Assembly (NCBI GenBank): GCA_965205865.1
Contig: CBDBHR010000028.1
Coordinates: 192,001-256,000 of the forward strand
DNA: 64,000 bases
Direction of reading: 5' to 3'
From: a bacterium
GTDB lineage: Bacteria; SAR324; NAC60-12
The notes under the pieces were generated by a model. The model was not told the origin of the DNA and made no database searches. It saw only the letters and a list, made by a program, of their open reading frames with translations. Made by a program: the position numbers and the translations under genes. This document shows positions 18,814-28,832 of the stretch, in pieces. The first letter of the stretch is position 1. Every line of letters starts with the position of its first letter.

Positions 18814-21003
18814 ATGACAAAATCTATCACAGAACACCTTCCGATAGCCTTGATTTTCAGCAGCTTCTGTTTGACCTGGAGTGGGCTCTTTGTGGCTGCC
18901 TCCGATTTCGAAGCCATGCAGTGGTATTTTTACGGCTCCGCATTGCCGGCGCTGATTGGATTCATCCTCTCTTTTCGCCAGCAGAAAACACCAGCGATGT
19001 TGCAATTGCAGGCCGAAAGTCTTGAACTGCGGGAAAAAGAAACACGGGTGAAGCAACTGGAGAAACGCCTGAAAGAAGATGCTTTGGAATTGGATAAAAG
19101 GATTCTGCAATTCAACCAGAAATTGAAAATCCATCACGAATGGATGGAATTTCCCCTGGGAGTGGACTCGCTCGAGATTTTTGAAGAAGCAAAGGAATCG
19201 AGTGCCCGAGATCAGCAGGTGGCGCAATTGTTGAAGCATCAAACCGCGTCCTTTTTTGACAACATCAAACAAAAAAAATATTACAAAGCCGGTGAGATCC
19301 ACGGCAAACCCCTCTGGGAGGATATTGTCACTCTCATCGAATCCGTGGCGAGAATCTACAATCCTGACGTCAAACAACCCTTGCTTCATACCAGCATCGA
19401 GCAATTATTGCGTGCCATCAACCAGATCTCGATCAACCTGATCGTTTTGCTGGATCGTTTGCCGGTCAATATCAAGAAAAGGACCCTCAACGAAACCTAT
19501 GGCTTCATTCAAAAAGGCGTGAGAGGGTTTGAGTTTTATGAAAAGGCAGCTCCCTATTTGGAATACGTACAACCACTCTACTACTTTGGAAGATTGGTAC
19601 TGGGCGCCAATCCGGTTGCCCTCGGAGCCACTGCGCTTGCAGTGGAAATTGGAAAGACCGGAACGAAGCAGTTGACCGTCCATATCAGCGAAAAGTACGC
19701 ACTGCGTCTGTTGCATGAAACGATCGCCATTCTTGCCAATGAAATGGTTTCTCTCTTTGGAGGTGATTACCGGCACCGGGATGCCAACTGGATCTACGGG
19801 GCGGAACTGACTGAATTGGTCCATCAATTTCCGATTTCCCAGGAAATTCTGCAGGCGGCTTTGAATGAAACGGGAAACCTGCACCTGCGCAGCGAATACG
19901 ACCGGTTGTTCCTTTACCGCTGCCTCGCCTCCCGTCAATCCATTCATCCTGAAAAATTTCCAAACGCTTTCCGCAGCCTCGATGAAAAAGAATGCCACAA
20001 CATCGCCCGGGGTTTGGAAAAATTTTATGCCCGTTTTATTTACGGTCGCACCCCCAAACGGATTCAAACCTGGAAAACGGGGGTGGAAAGCCGTCTGAAC
20101 TGCAAGCTGCATTTGGAAGTGTCTTCCCACGCTCCCGATGAGCAGATCTCCATTCTGCGTAGCGCGATTTTTTCGCTGGCCAGTTTTTTATTGGAAATCA
20201 AAGATCGTGAGATTGCGGAAATTGCGGATTTGCTGGCCCAACGCAAGCTGTTGGCATTGCTTGAAGCGCCTTTGCGGTCTGAAATCCTGCGAGCAATTGC
20301 AGCCAACCCACCGATGATCTTCAGTTATCCCGATTGCGAACCTGCCAGTGATCTCTTGTCCTGGTATCTGGAGGATCTATTAACCCTCAATGTGGAAATT
20401 GCCCCGCATGACAAACGGGGAGACGGGATTTTCCGGGGGGTACTCCAGTACTTCCGCTTGGATCCGAAACCATTTCAAAAGATGATGACGAGTCAATATA
20501 CGAAGTGTTTGGAAAAACAACTGCGCCCTGATTCGGCGGAACGAAAAGTCAAGTATCCTGTGGCCCGTGCCCTGCTGGCGGCACTGCAATTGGACGAAGC
20601 GCCTTATTTTCTTTACAAAGGAATTGCTCCGGAGCCCAAATGGGAAGACGCGACCATGAATGCGCTTCTGAAAAAAAGAGAACTTTGGCTGTTGGGCACC
20701 CCTTCACGTCTTTTACTACTGGCAATTTCCCCCAATTCTCGTGCCGACGAAGAGCAAGCGGTACGGCTATGGCAAGGAGACCTGCAGCCTGAATCTTCCG
20801 TATGGCTCCGCAAAGCGAAAAATAGGGTGATCCATCTTTGCAGGCTTCAAGGAGGGCGATGGAATCGGGAAATCGTTCCTTGCAGCCAAACACCGGAGTC
20901 GATTCTCATCTCCGGCAATCTCTTGGAACGCTACGAAAAATATTTCGCGCCCCTATTGGAGTTTGTTAACGGAATCGAAGCTGACGCCCGGACATTCCCA
21001 TGA
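18814..21003 (+). CDS. Hypothetical membrane-anchored protein (two N-terminal TM helices, coiled coil)
   Basis: Long ORF; hydrophobic N-terminal segments followed by a coiled coil. Start uncertain (ORF track begins at 18550). Confidence 0.7.
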   Translation: MTKSITEHLPIALIFSSFCLTWSGLFVAASDFEAMQWYFYGSALPALIGFILSFRQQKTPAMLQLQAESLELREKETRVKQLEKRLKEDALELDKRILQFNQKLKIHHEWMEFPLGVDSLEIFEEAKESSARDQQVAQLLKHQTASFFDNIKQKKYYKAGEIHGKPLWEDIVTLIESVARIYNPDVKQPLLHTSIEQLLRAINQISINLIVLLDRLPVNIKKRTLNETYGFIQKGVRGFEFYEKAAPYLEYVQPLYYFGRLVLGANPVALGATALAVEIGKTGTKQLTVHISEKYALRLLHETIAILANEMVSLFGGDYRHRDANWIYGAELTELVHQFPISQEILQAALNETGNLHLRSEYDRLFLYRCLASRQSIHPEKFPNAFRSLDEKECHNIARGLEKFYARFIYGRTPKRIQTWKTGVESRLNCKLHLEVSSHAPDEQISILRSAIFSLASFLLEIKDREIAEIADLLAQRKLLALLEAPLRSEILRAIAANPPMIFSYPDCEPASDLLSWYLEDLLTLNVEIAPHDKRGDGIFRGVLQYFRLDPKPFQKMMTSQYTKCLEKQLRPDSAERKVKYPVARALLAALQLDEAPYFLYKGIAPEPKWEDATMNALLKKRELWLLGTPSRLLLLAISPNSRADEEQAVRLWQGDLQPESSVWLRKAKNRVIHLCRLQGGRWNREIVPCSQTPESILISGNLLERYEKYFAPLLEFVNGIEADARTFP

Positions 21004-21158
21004 AAAAACCTCCAATTTTTTGGTTGCTTCTTTCCTACGGTTCCGCTAAAAATCTAAATCCAAGTGAATCTGAATCATCCTGCCCTTTCTCTTGTTGCAT
21101 GTTAATAAGAGAAAAAGCGGAATATTCAATCAAGACCTTATCTCAATGAGGAGGATTC

Positions 21159-21728
21159 GTGTTTTCTCCGGAAGTACAAAAGAAAGCGGAAAACATCCTG
21201 AGCCGCTATCCTATCAAAGTCAACGCCTTGCTGCCGATGTTGCACCTTGCCCAAAGAGAGAACAACGGATATTTGAACTCGGATTGTCTGCGGCATGTGG
21301 CCAAACTCTGCGAAGCGCCACCGACGCATGTGGAAGGCGTTGCCACTTTTTACACCATGTTTAAATTCGAACCCCTGGGGAAATATCATCTGCAGGTCTG
21401 TACTAACCTGACCTGCGGACTTTGCGGAGGTGAAGAAATTCTGGAACATATTGAAAACCGCATACGCGCTCATGCCGGACAGACAAGCGAGGATGGACGG
21501 TTCAGCGTCGAAGAAGTCGAATGTCTGGGCGCCTGCGGGTATGCGCCGGTGATGATCGTCAATGAGGACTATCATGAAAAATTGACAATTTCAGAAGTCG
21601 ATCATCTCCTGGATCAATTGGAAAAAGATCCAAGTGAATTGTCGCAAAAAACACTTCCCATTGACAGGCCTTTTGCCACAAAGTTGGCGCCGAACCGCGC
21701 CCTCCCTCGAGGGGAGGGGGGAAACTGA
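21159..21728 (+). CDS. nuoE: NADH-quinone oxidoreductase subunit E
   Basis: VATFYTMF, VCTNLTC, ECLGAC 2Fe-2S motifs. Confidence 0.95.
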   Translation: MFSPEVQKKAENILSRYPIKVNALLPMLHLAQRENNGYLNSDCLRHVAKLCEAPPTHVEGVATFYTMFKFEPLGKYHLQVCTNLTCGLCGGEEILEHIENRIRAHAGQTSEDGRFSVEEVECLGACGYAPVMIVNEDYHEKLTISEVDHLLDQLEKDPSELSQKTLPIDRPFATKLAPNRALPRGEGGN

Positions 21729-21749
21729 ACCTTTCATCATGAATTTGCC

Positions 21750-23006
21750 ATGTTAGAAGAAACACTTGTCCTTTTTAAGAATGTCAGACAACCAGGATAC
21801 CAAGGTGATTTGGACAGTTACAAGACGGCCGGGGGCTACGTTGCACTGGAACAAGCCTTGAAAATGAAGCCTGAGGAGCTTGTTGATCTTGTGAAGGAAT
21901 CAGGTTTGCGGGGTCGAGGTGGGGCCGGATTTCCCACGGGACTCAAATGGAGTTTCATGGCAAAAGGTACGGACAAACCGAGTTACTTGATTATTAATGC
22001 CGACGAAGGAGAACCCGGCACATTCAAAGACCGCGAAATCATGCTCAAAGAACCGCACATGTTCCTGGAAGGCTTCATGATCGGATGTTATGCTCTGGGA
22101 TGTCATCATGGTTACATTTATGTGCGTGGAGAGTTTGTCCCTGCCATGCGGCGCTTGCAGGAGGCGGTGGATGAGTGCTATGCTGCCAAAATTCTGGGTC
22201 CGAAGCTGATGGGAAGCGATTTCGAGTTGGAAATGACCCTGCATCCAGGAGCGGGCGCCTATATTTGCGGAGAAGAAACAGCCCTGCTGGACTCGTTGGA
22301 AGGCAAGCGCGGTCAACCTCGCACCAAACCCCCTTTTCCCGCAGTGGCTGGATTCAATGGTTGCCCAACGAGTGTGAACAATGTTGAAACCCTGATGTGC
22401 GTCCCGGTGATTGTCAAAGAAGGCGCAGAGTATTTTAAATCATTGGGCACGCCCAACAATTCGGGCACGCACTTGGTAAGTCTGAGCGGGCACGTCAACA
22501 AGCCGGGGGTGTATGAGTTGAAAATGGGCGTCAACCTGAAAGATATCATCTATGAAATCGGTGGCGGCATACCCGGCGCTAAGAAGCTTAAAGGCGTGAT
22601 CCCCGGGGGATCTTCGGTGCCGGTGCTAAACCCGGATGAAATCGATATTCCCTATGACTTCGATTCATTGGCCAAGGCCAAGAGTTTGATGGGATCTTCG
22701 GCAGTCATCGTCTTTGACGAGGATACCGACGTGGTCAAGTTCTTGTACCGTATCGTCCAATTTTACAACCATGAATCCTGTGGTCAATGCACTCCCTGCC
22801 GGGAAGGCACCAATTGGAGTCGTCAGATTTTAAGAGAGTTCGTAAACCGACAGGGATCGCCAGAATCGTTGAGGCGGCTTTACCGCGTGGGTGGAAACAT
22901 GCTGGGGACGACGCTTTGCGCGCTGGGAGATGCCTGTGCCATGCCTATTCAGGCCTTTGTGGATAAATATCCGGAAGATTTTCGTTCCCATTTTTCGGGT
23001 GCTTGA
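21750..23006 (+). CDS. nuoF: NADH-quinone oxidoreductase subunit F
   Basis: GLRGRGGAGFPTG, NADEGEPG, GAGAYICGEETAL, ESCGQCTPCREG. Confidence 0.97.
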   Translation: MLEETLVLFKNVRQPGYQGDLDSYKTAGGYVALEQALKMKPEELVDLVKESGLRGRGGAGFPTGLKWSFMAKGTDKPSYLIINADEGEPGTFKDREIMLKEPHMFLEGFMIGCYALGCHHGYIYVRGEFVPAMRRLQEAVDECYAAKILGPKLMGSDFELEMTLHPGAGAYICGEETALLDSLEGKRGQPRTKPPFPAVAGFNGCPTSVNNVETLMCVPVIVKEGAEYFKSLGTPNNSGTHLVSLSGHVNKPGVYELKMGVNLKDIIYEIGGGIPGAKKLKGVIPGGSSVPVLNPDEIDIPYDFDSLAKAKSLMGSSAVIVFDEDTDVVKFLYRIVQFYNHESCGQCTPCREGTNWSRQILREFVNRQGSPESLRRLYRVGGNMLGTTLCALGDACAMPIQAFVDKYPEDFRSHFSGA

Positions 23007-23031
23007 TAACTGAACTATTGAAGAACTGGTC

Positions 23032-24627
23032 ATGCCGAAATTTTATCTTGATGAACAACCCATCGAATTCGAACCAGGTGAAAAAATCCTATCGGCCGCA
23101 TTGAAAGCCGGAATCGAAATCCCTTATTATTGCTACCATCCCGCTTTGTCGATCGTGGCGACTTGTCGCATGTGCTTGGTCGATGTGACCGACATGGGAA
23201 ACGGCCGTCCCGCTCCCAAACTGATGACTTCCTGTTCCACGGACGCGGTGGAAGGGATGAAAGTGGTCGCGCACAACGAGAGTGTCCGGGAAGGGCGCGA
23301 GTTGGTGATGGAATTCCTGCTGGTCAATCACCCGCTGGATTGCCCGATCTGCGACCAGGCGGGGGAGTGTACCCTGCAGGACTATTCTTACGACTACGGT
23401 ACGGGAAATTCTGAAATGGAGTATTCCAAACGGGTGTATGGCTGGCGCGACATTGGCACTTTTGTGATGCTGGAACGCAACCGCTGTATTCATTGTACCC
23501 GTTGTGATCGTTTTACCAGAGAAATCACCGGCACGCATGAATTCGGCATGTTCAACCGGGGTCATCAATTGACTGTCGATACATTCACAGATCGTCCCAT
23601 GACCAATAAATTTCAAGGAAACATGGCCGATATTTGCCCGGTCGGGTGCATCACAGAACGAGAATTTCGCTTCAAAAGACGTGTTTGGAAACTGAAAAAA
23701 ACCAACTCGATCTGCACCCATTGCTCCACCGGTTGCAATATCTCCGTAGAAGAGGACAAAAATACCGTGATCCGTCTCAAACCCCGGGAAAATCAGGACG
23801 TCAATCAGTGGTGGATGTGTGACGATGGCAGGATCAGCATGAGACGGTTCAATAAAAATAAAAATCGCTTACTGCAGCCCATGGGACGAGTCGAAGGGCA
23901 ACTGGTCAAAGCAAGTTGGGGGCGGATTTACGAGGCAATGAAGAGCAAAATAGATGCGTTGGCGCCGGCAGCCAATGAAGTGGTTGCCATCACAGATACC
24001 CATGCCAGCAATGAAGAACTCTATTTGCTGAAGAAAATGATGGGAGATGTTTTTGATTCCAACAGGGTCTTTTTCCCACTGCGTCCCTGGTCTCAGCCAA
24101 ACACCAATTATTTTATTGATTCGTTGATCACCAGCGACAAAAGCCCCAATCGCGCTGGGGCAATCGCACTGGATTTGATTGGCGATGAAGAGGATACGCG
24201 GGTGCTGGAAGCCTTGAGTGATCCTGTCAAACTGGTAGTGGTGCTGGGCGATCCTTATTCTGAAAAGCCCGAAATTCAGGAGCTTGTCAATAAAGCGGAA
24301 TTGATCGTCTATATTGGTACGGAAATGAATTCATGGGCGAAAAAAAACGCCGATGTGTTGTTGCCGGGTCGAACCCATGCTGAAAAAGAAGGAACCTTCA
24401 CCAATAAAAATAATCGTGTTCAGCGGATCATGATTGCCGTTCACGCCCCGGAACTCACCAAACCGGAATGGATGATCCTCACGGAATTGATCCAATCCTT
24501 GGGGAAGGACGCCGATTTTGAATCCGCACCAGCCGTTTTTGATACTTTGGGTTCCACGATAGAAAAATTCAAAGGACTCACCTACAGCAATGTTGGCAGT
24601 CATGGTTGTCCGCTGCCTGCCAGTTAA
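23032..24627 (+). CDS. nuoG: NADH-quinone oxidoreductase subunit G (short form)
   Basis: CYHP...CRMC, NHPLDCPICDQAGEC, RCIHCTRC, CTHCSTGC Fe-S motifs. Confidence 0.93.
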   Translation: MPKFYLDEQPIEFEPGEKILSAALKAGIEIPYYCYHPALSIVATCRMCLVDVTDMGNGRPAPKLMTSCSTDAVEGMKVVAHNESVREGRELVMEFLLVNHPLDCPICDQAGECTLQDYSYDYGTGNSEMEYSKRVYGWRDIGTFVMLERNRCIHCTRCDRFTREITGTHEFGMFNRGHQLTVDTFTDRPMTNKFQGNMADICPVGCITEREFRFKRRVWKLKKTNSICTHCSTGCNISVEEDKNTVIRLKPRENQDVNQWWMCDDGRISMRRFNKNKNRLLQPMGRVEGQLVKASWGRIYEAMKSKIDALAPAANEVVAITDTHASNEELYLLKKMMGDVFDSNRVFFPLRPWSQPNTNYFIDSLITSDKSPNRAGAIALDLIGDEEDTRVLEALSDPVKLVVVLGDPYSEKPEIQELVNKAELIVYIGTEMNSWAKKNADVLLPGRTHAEKEGTFTNKNNRVQRIMIAVHAPELTKPEWMILTELIQSLGKDADFESAPAVFDTLGSTIEKFKGLTYSNVGSHGCPLPAS

Positions 24628-24639
24628 TCCAAAACAGAG

Positions 24640-25158
24640 ATGATCATGTTACTGACGTTTTACCTACTTGCCACCATCGCCGTGATCAGTTCACTGGGTG
24701 TGCTGGTATGTCGTAATCCTATTTACAGCGCAATGTCTTTGGTCTGCACGTTCTTTTGCTTGGGCGGTATTTACGTTTTGCTGAATGTGGAGTTTGTGGC
24801 AGTAATCCAGATTTTGATCTACGCGGGTGCCATTCTGGTACTTTTCCTTTTTGTGATTATGTTGCTCAATATTGCGCCCAGCGGGGAATCGATCCAGTTG
24901 AACATTCCCAAGGTCCTGGCCATAGGCATCACTCTCGGGTTACTTATTCAAATTTCCGCACTGTTTCTGGGTCGTATCGAATATGGACCCAAAGATATTT
25001 ATACCCTGGAGACCATCACTGAAGAAGGATCGATAGGATTGATCGGCCGGTTGTTGTATGGGGAATACGTGCTACCCTTTGAAGCCGTTTCTATCCTTCT
25101 GCTGGTTGCAGTCATCGGCGCAGTGGTTATCGGTAAACGTCGTATCAAGGAAAACTAA
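24640..25158 (+). CDS. nuoJ: NADH-quinone oxidoreductase subunit J
   Basis: QILIYAGAILVLFLFVIMLL and YVLPFE motifs. Confidence 0.95.
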   Translation: MIMLLTFYLLATIAVISSLGVLVCRNPIYSAMSLVCTFFCLGGIYVLLNVEFVAVIQILIYAGAILVLFLFVIMLLNIAPSGESIQLNIPKVLAIGITLGLLIQISALFLGRIEYGPKDIYTLETITEEGSIGLIGRLLYGEYVLPFEAVSILLLVAVIGAVVIGKRRIKEN

Positions 25159-25460
25159 TGATTCCCACAACCCATGTGCTAATCCTCAGTGCTGTCCTGT
25201 TTGCCACCGGGGTTTTGGGTGTGATGCTACGCCGCAATGTGATCGTCATTTTCATGAGCATTGAAGTGATGTTCAATGCAGTCAACCTTTCTTTTGTGGC
25301 ATTTGCCCGGGAAATGGATTCGATGGCGGGGGTCATTTTTATTTTCTTTATCGTCGTCGTTGCTGCCGCGGAAGCGGTCGTGGGATTATCCATCATCCTT
25401 TCTATTTACCGCAATCGACAAACACTCAACGTGGATGAATACAACTGGATCAAATGGTAA
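25158..25460 (+). CDS. nuoK: NADH-quinone oxidoreductase subunit K
   Basis: RRN..MSIEVMFNA and VAAAEAVVGL motifs. Confidence 0.96.
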   Translation: MIPTTHVLILSAVLFATGVLGVMLRRNVIVIFMSIEVMFNAVNLSFVAFAREMDSMAGVIFIFFIVVVAAAEAVVGLSIILSIYRNRQTLNVDEYNWIKW

Positions 25461-25517
25461 CTTCGAATCCGTTTGAGACCTGCAGACGTCCTCAGTGACG
25501 CTCCTTGGAGAACCTTT

Positions 25518-27425
25518 ATGCATCAAATTTGGCTCGTTCCGGCATTCCCGCTCATCGGATTCATTCTCAACGGACTGTTTGGTAAATTTTTTGGAAAACG
25601 GTTTGTCAGCTTTGTCGGGCCTTTGACGATTGGATTTGCCTTCCTACAGTCCTTGGTGCTCTTCTTCCAGATGCTTGCCACCGAAAACCAAGTCCTGCAT
25701 GAAAACCTGTATACCTGGATGCAAGCTGGTATTTTGAATCTCAATGTGGGCTTTTCAGTCGACCCGTTGTCCGCACTCTTTTTACTGGTCATTACGGGTG
25801 TTGGTTTTTTAATCCACGTGTATTCAATCGGATACATGTACGAGGAGGATTCTTATTATCGCTTCTTCAGCTATCTCAATCTCTTCGTGTTTTTCATGCT
25901 CTTGCTGGTTCTTGCGGACAATTTTGTGCTTATGTTTGTGGGTTGGGAAGGTGTCGGACTGTGTTCTTACCTGCTGATCGGCTATTATTTTGAAAAGCAA
26001 ACGGCCATCGATGCCTGCAAGAAAGCATTCATCACCAACCGGATTGGCGATTTCGGTTTTCTTAGCGGAGTGATGCTGATTTTTATTTTTTTCGACACTC
26101 TGGCCTTTGAGGAAGTCAACGCCCAAGCAGCCTCCGTGCTGGAGCCCGGAGGGTTGATTGTTACGCTCATCACACTATTTCTTTTTTTGGGAGCAACGGG
26201 CAAGTCTGCGCAAATCCCCCTTTATGTCTGGTTGCCGGATGCCATGGAAGGGCCGACACCGGTTTCCGCACTGATTCATGCAGCCACCATGGTCACTTCC
26301 GGCCTTTACATGTTGGCCCGGCTCAGTCATTTATTCGTCCTGGCTCCCATCACCATGAATCTGGTTGCCATCATTGGTGTTGTGACCGCGATTCTGGCAG
26401 CCACCATTGCCATCACGCAAACGGATATCAAACGGGTTCTGGCATATTCCACAGTCAGTCAATTGGGATACATGTTCCTGGCCATGGGTGTGGGAGCGTT
26501 TGGTGTCGGCGTTTTTCATGTGATGACCCATGCTTTTTTCAAAGCCCTTTTGTTCCTTTGCTCAGGTGCGGTAATCCATGCATTGCATCATGAACAGGAC
26601 ATGATGAAAATGGGAGGTTTGAAGAACAAGCTTCCCGTGACATACATTACGATGCTCATCGGCGCCATCGCCATTGCCGGGATCCCTCCTTTTGCCGGTT
26701 TTTTCAGCAAAGACGAAATTCTCTGGAAAACCTGGAGTAGTGGAAATATGTCCCTCTGGTTGATCGGCTTTACAACGGCAATTTTGACGTCATTTTACAT
26801 GTTTCGACTCATTTTCCTCACTTTCCATGGGGAGTCCCGGGTGGACTCGCGCACAGCGGCCCAAATCCATGAAGCCCCGATTTCAATGCTCGCCCCTCTG
26901 GTGATCCTGGCGATTCTTTCAATTTTTGGAGGATTGTTTGGCGTGCCCCACGTCCTGTATTTTTTACCCAATGGCATGGAAATGTACTTTGAAGGGTTTT
27001 ATGCGAAAGTGCCGGCCGGTCATGGTTCTTCCGTCACTGAAGCGGTCCTCATGGTGGCATCCGTCATTGCGGTCCTGATTCCTCTTTGGTTTGCCTGGAA
27101 ATTGTATGCGGGGAAATTGGATCAGGTCCGCAGCTGGAAAGAACAGTATGCGCTTCTTTACAAACTATCCCTGAATAAATATTATGTAGACGAAGCCTAT
27201 GATTTGTTATTCATCCAATCCATAAAGAAACTGTCGACCGTTGTTTTCTGGCGATGGTTCGACTTAGGCGTGATCGACCGCTTTGTCCTTCTGACCGGAG
27301 ACATTGCGCGTGCATCCGGAGGCATGATTCGTACTCTCCAAAACGGGGTCCTCCAACAGTATGCCGTTATATTCGCATTGGGCGCAGTGATCATCCTTTG
27401 GTACCTGATATTTCTACCTCTATAA
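25518..27425 (+). CDS. nuoL: NADH-quinone oxidoreductase subunit L
   Basis: GWEGVGLCSYLLIG, GKSAQIPL..WLPDAMEGPTPVSALIHAATMV, THAFFKALLFL. Confidence 0.97.
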   Translation: MHQIWLVPAFPLIGFILNGLFGKFFGKRFVSFVGPLTIGFAFLQSLVLFFQMLATENQVLHENLYTWMQAGILNLNVGFSVDPLSALFLLVITGVGFLIHVYSIGYMYEEDSYYRFFSYLNLFVFFMLLLVLADNFVLMFVGWEGVGLCSYLLIGYYFEKQTAIDACKKAFITNRIGDFGFLSGVMLIFIFFDTLAFEEVNAQAASVLEPGGLIVTLITLFLFLGATGKSAQIPLYVWLPDAMEGPTPVSALIHAATMVTSGLYMLARLSHLFVLAPITMNLVAIIGVVTAILAATIAITQTDIKRVLAYSTVSQLGYMFLAMGVGAFGVGVFHVMTHAFFKALLFLCSGAVIHALHHEQDMMKMGGLKNKLPVTYITMLIGAIAIAGIPPFAGFFSKDEILWKTWSSGNMSLWLIGFTTAILTSFYMFRLIFLTFHGESRVDSRTAAQIHEAPISMLAPLVILAILSIFGGLFGVPHVLYFLPNGMEMYFEGFYAKVPAGHGSSVTEAVLMVASVIAVLIPLWFAWKLYAGKLDQVRSWKEQYALLYKLSLNKYYVDEAYDLLFIQSIKKLSTVVFWRWFDLGVIDRFVLLTGDIARASGGMIRTLQNGVLQQYAVIFALGAVIILWYLIFLPL

Positions 27426-27515
27426 AAAAACATGGCTTCCACCCGTCTCCTTGCCTCCCACCCTTCACGTTTTATAAGGAGATTGTACACGCTCTCTTCA
27501 ATATCGGAGGACTTT

Positions 27516-28055
27516 ATGAAATTTTTAAGGCCAACCATTCTTGTCATTTTTGTTTGCCTCTGCATCTCCACCCAGGTATTTGGCCTGGAATCTTTTAAAA
27601 TCGGGGTCATTGATCTGAATCGCGCAATCAATGAATCGGAAGAGGGAATTCGTTCCAGAAATCTGTTGGAAGAGGAAGGACGCCGGATGCAGCAAGAATT
27701 GAATCTGGAGGAGGAAGAATTGAGAAAACAAGCCGCCGACGCGCGCAATAACTTGCTTCTGACTGAAACCGCCAGGAAGGAGAAAGAAGCAGAATTGAAA
27801 AATCAGGAGCAGTTTCTGATCCGGAAAGGCAAACAGTACGAACAGTCAATCCGCGCCAAAGAACGACAAATGACCAATCAGATGTTCAATGAATTGAAAG
27901 CAGTGATACGCACGGTGGCCAAAAACGGGAATTTTGACGTTGTGTTGGAAAAAACGGCATCAGAGATCATCCTTTACATAAACAACGAAACCACGGATTT
28001 GACCGAACAAGTAATCGATCATTACAATTCTCTCAAAGCCCCGGTCAAAGAATGA
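27516..28055 (+). CDS. skp: OmpH/Skp periplasmic chaperone
   Basis: Signal peptide, KIGVIDL, long coiled coil, DLTEQVI; adjacent to fabZ. Confidence 0.85.
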   Translation: MKFLRPTILVIFVCLCISTQVFGLESFKIGVIDLNRAINESEEGIRSRNLLEEEGRRMQQELNLEEEELRKQAADARNNLLLTETARKEKEAELKNQEQFLIRKGKQYEQSIRAKERQMTNQMFNELKAVIRTVAKNGNFDVVLEKTASEIILYINNETTDLTEQVIDHYNSLKAPVKE

Positions 28056-28504
28056 CAGCAACAATTGTCTACGATCTCGAGCAGATAAAGGAGATTTTAC
28101 CGCAACGCTACCCTTTTCTTCTCATCGATCGTATCCTGGAACTGGACCCGGGAGTTTCATGCAAAGGGTTGAAAAACATTTCAGGAAGTGAACCATTCTT
28201 CCAGGGACATTTCCCGGACTATCCCGTCATGCCAGGCGTTCTGGTGGTGGAAGCCCTGGCGCAGGTAGGAGGCGTGGCGGCGCATTCGGAAGTGAAAGGG
28301 ATTCCTAAAATACGGTTTGGCGGAATCGAAAAAGCACGTTTCAAACGCCCTGTGGTCCCAGGAGATCAATTGATTCTGGACGTGGTAGTGGAAGCTCATC
28401 GCCAGTATCTCTGGCACTTTGGAGGCACAGCGTCCGTTGCGGGAGATGTGGTTGCCACCACCCTGGTCAAAATGATGATTTTCCCTCCCCAGGCTTCAAA
28501 ATAA
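28052..28504 (+). CDS. fabZ: 3-hydroxyacyl-ACP dehydratase
   Basis: LPQRYPFLLIDR, FFQGHFPDYPVMPGVL..EALAQ. Confidence 0.96.
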   Translation: MTATIVYDLEQIKEILPQRYPFLLIDRILELDPGVSCKGLKNISGSEPFFQGHFPDYPVMPGVLVVEALAQVGGVAAHSEVKGIPKIRFGGIEKARFKRPVVPGDQLILDVVVEAHRQYLWHFGGTASVAGDVVATTLVKMMIFPPQASK

Positions 28505-28549
28505 GAGAGCGCCTCCGGCAAAGTATCTGAACCGCAACCAGAGAGTATC

Positions 28550-28831
28550 ATGTTTTCGATTGATGATGTCCGTAAAATCGCCAGTCTCTGCCATTTGGAG
28601 CTGACAGATGCAGAAAAAAAAACTTTTGCCCGGCAATTTTCCACAATCCTCGACTATTTTGAGATTCTGGAGACCCTTGAAGTTCCCCCGGAGTCTGCAG
28701 ATCGAGACGAGAGCATGTTGGTTATTTTTCAAGACGATCACAGCAAACCATCTCCAGTTGCTCCCGAACAATTCAGTCCGTACACTGAAAACGGATGTTT
28801 CAAAGTCCCTAGAGTGATCGACGCGTCTTGA
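28550..28831 (+). CDS. gatC: Asp/Glu-tRNA amidotransferase subunit C
   Basis: DVRKIASLCHL...ILDYF...GCFKVPRVI. Confidence 0.88.
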   Translation: MFSIDDVRKIASLCHLELTDAEKKTFARQFSTILDYFEILETLEVPPESADRDESMLVIFQDDHSKPSPVAPEQFSPYTENGCFKVPRVIDAS

Positions 28832-28832
28832 T

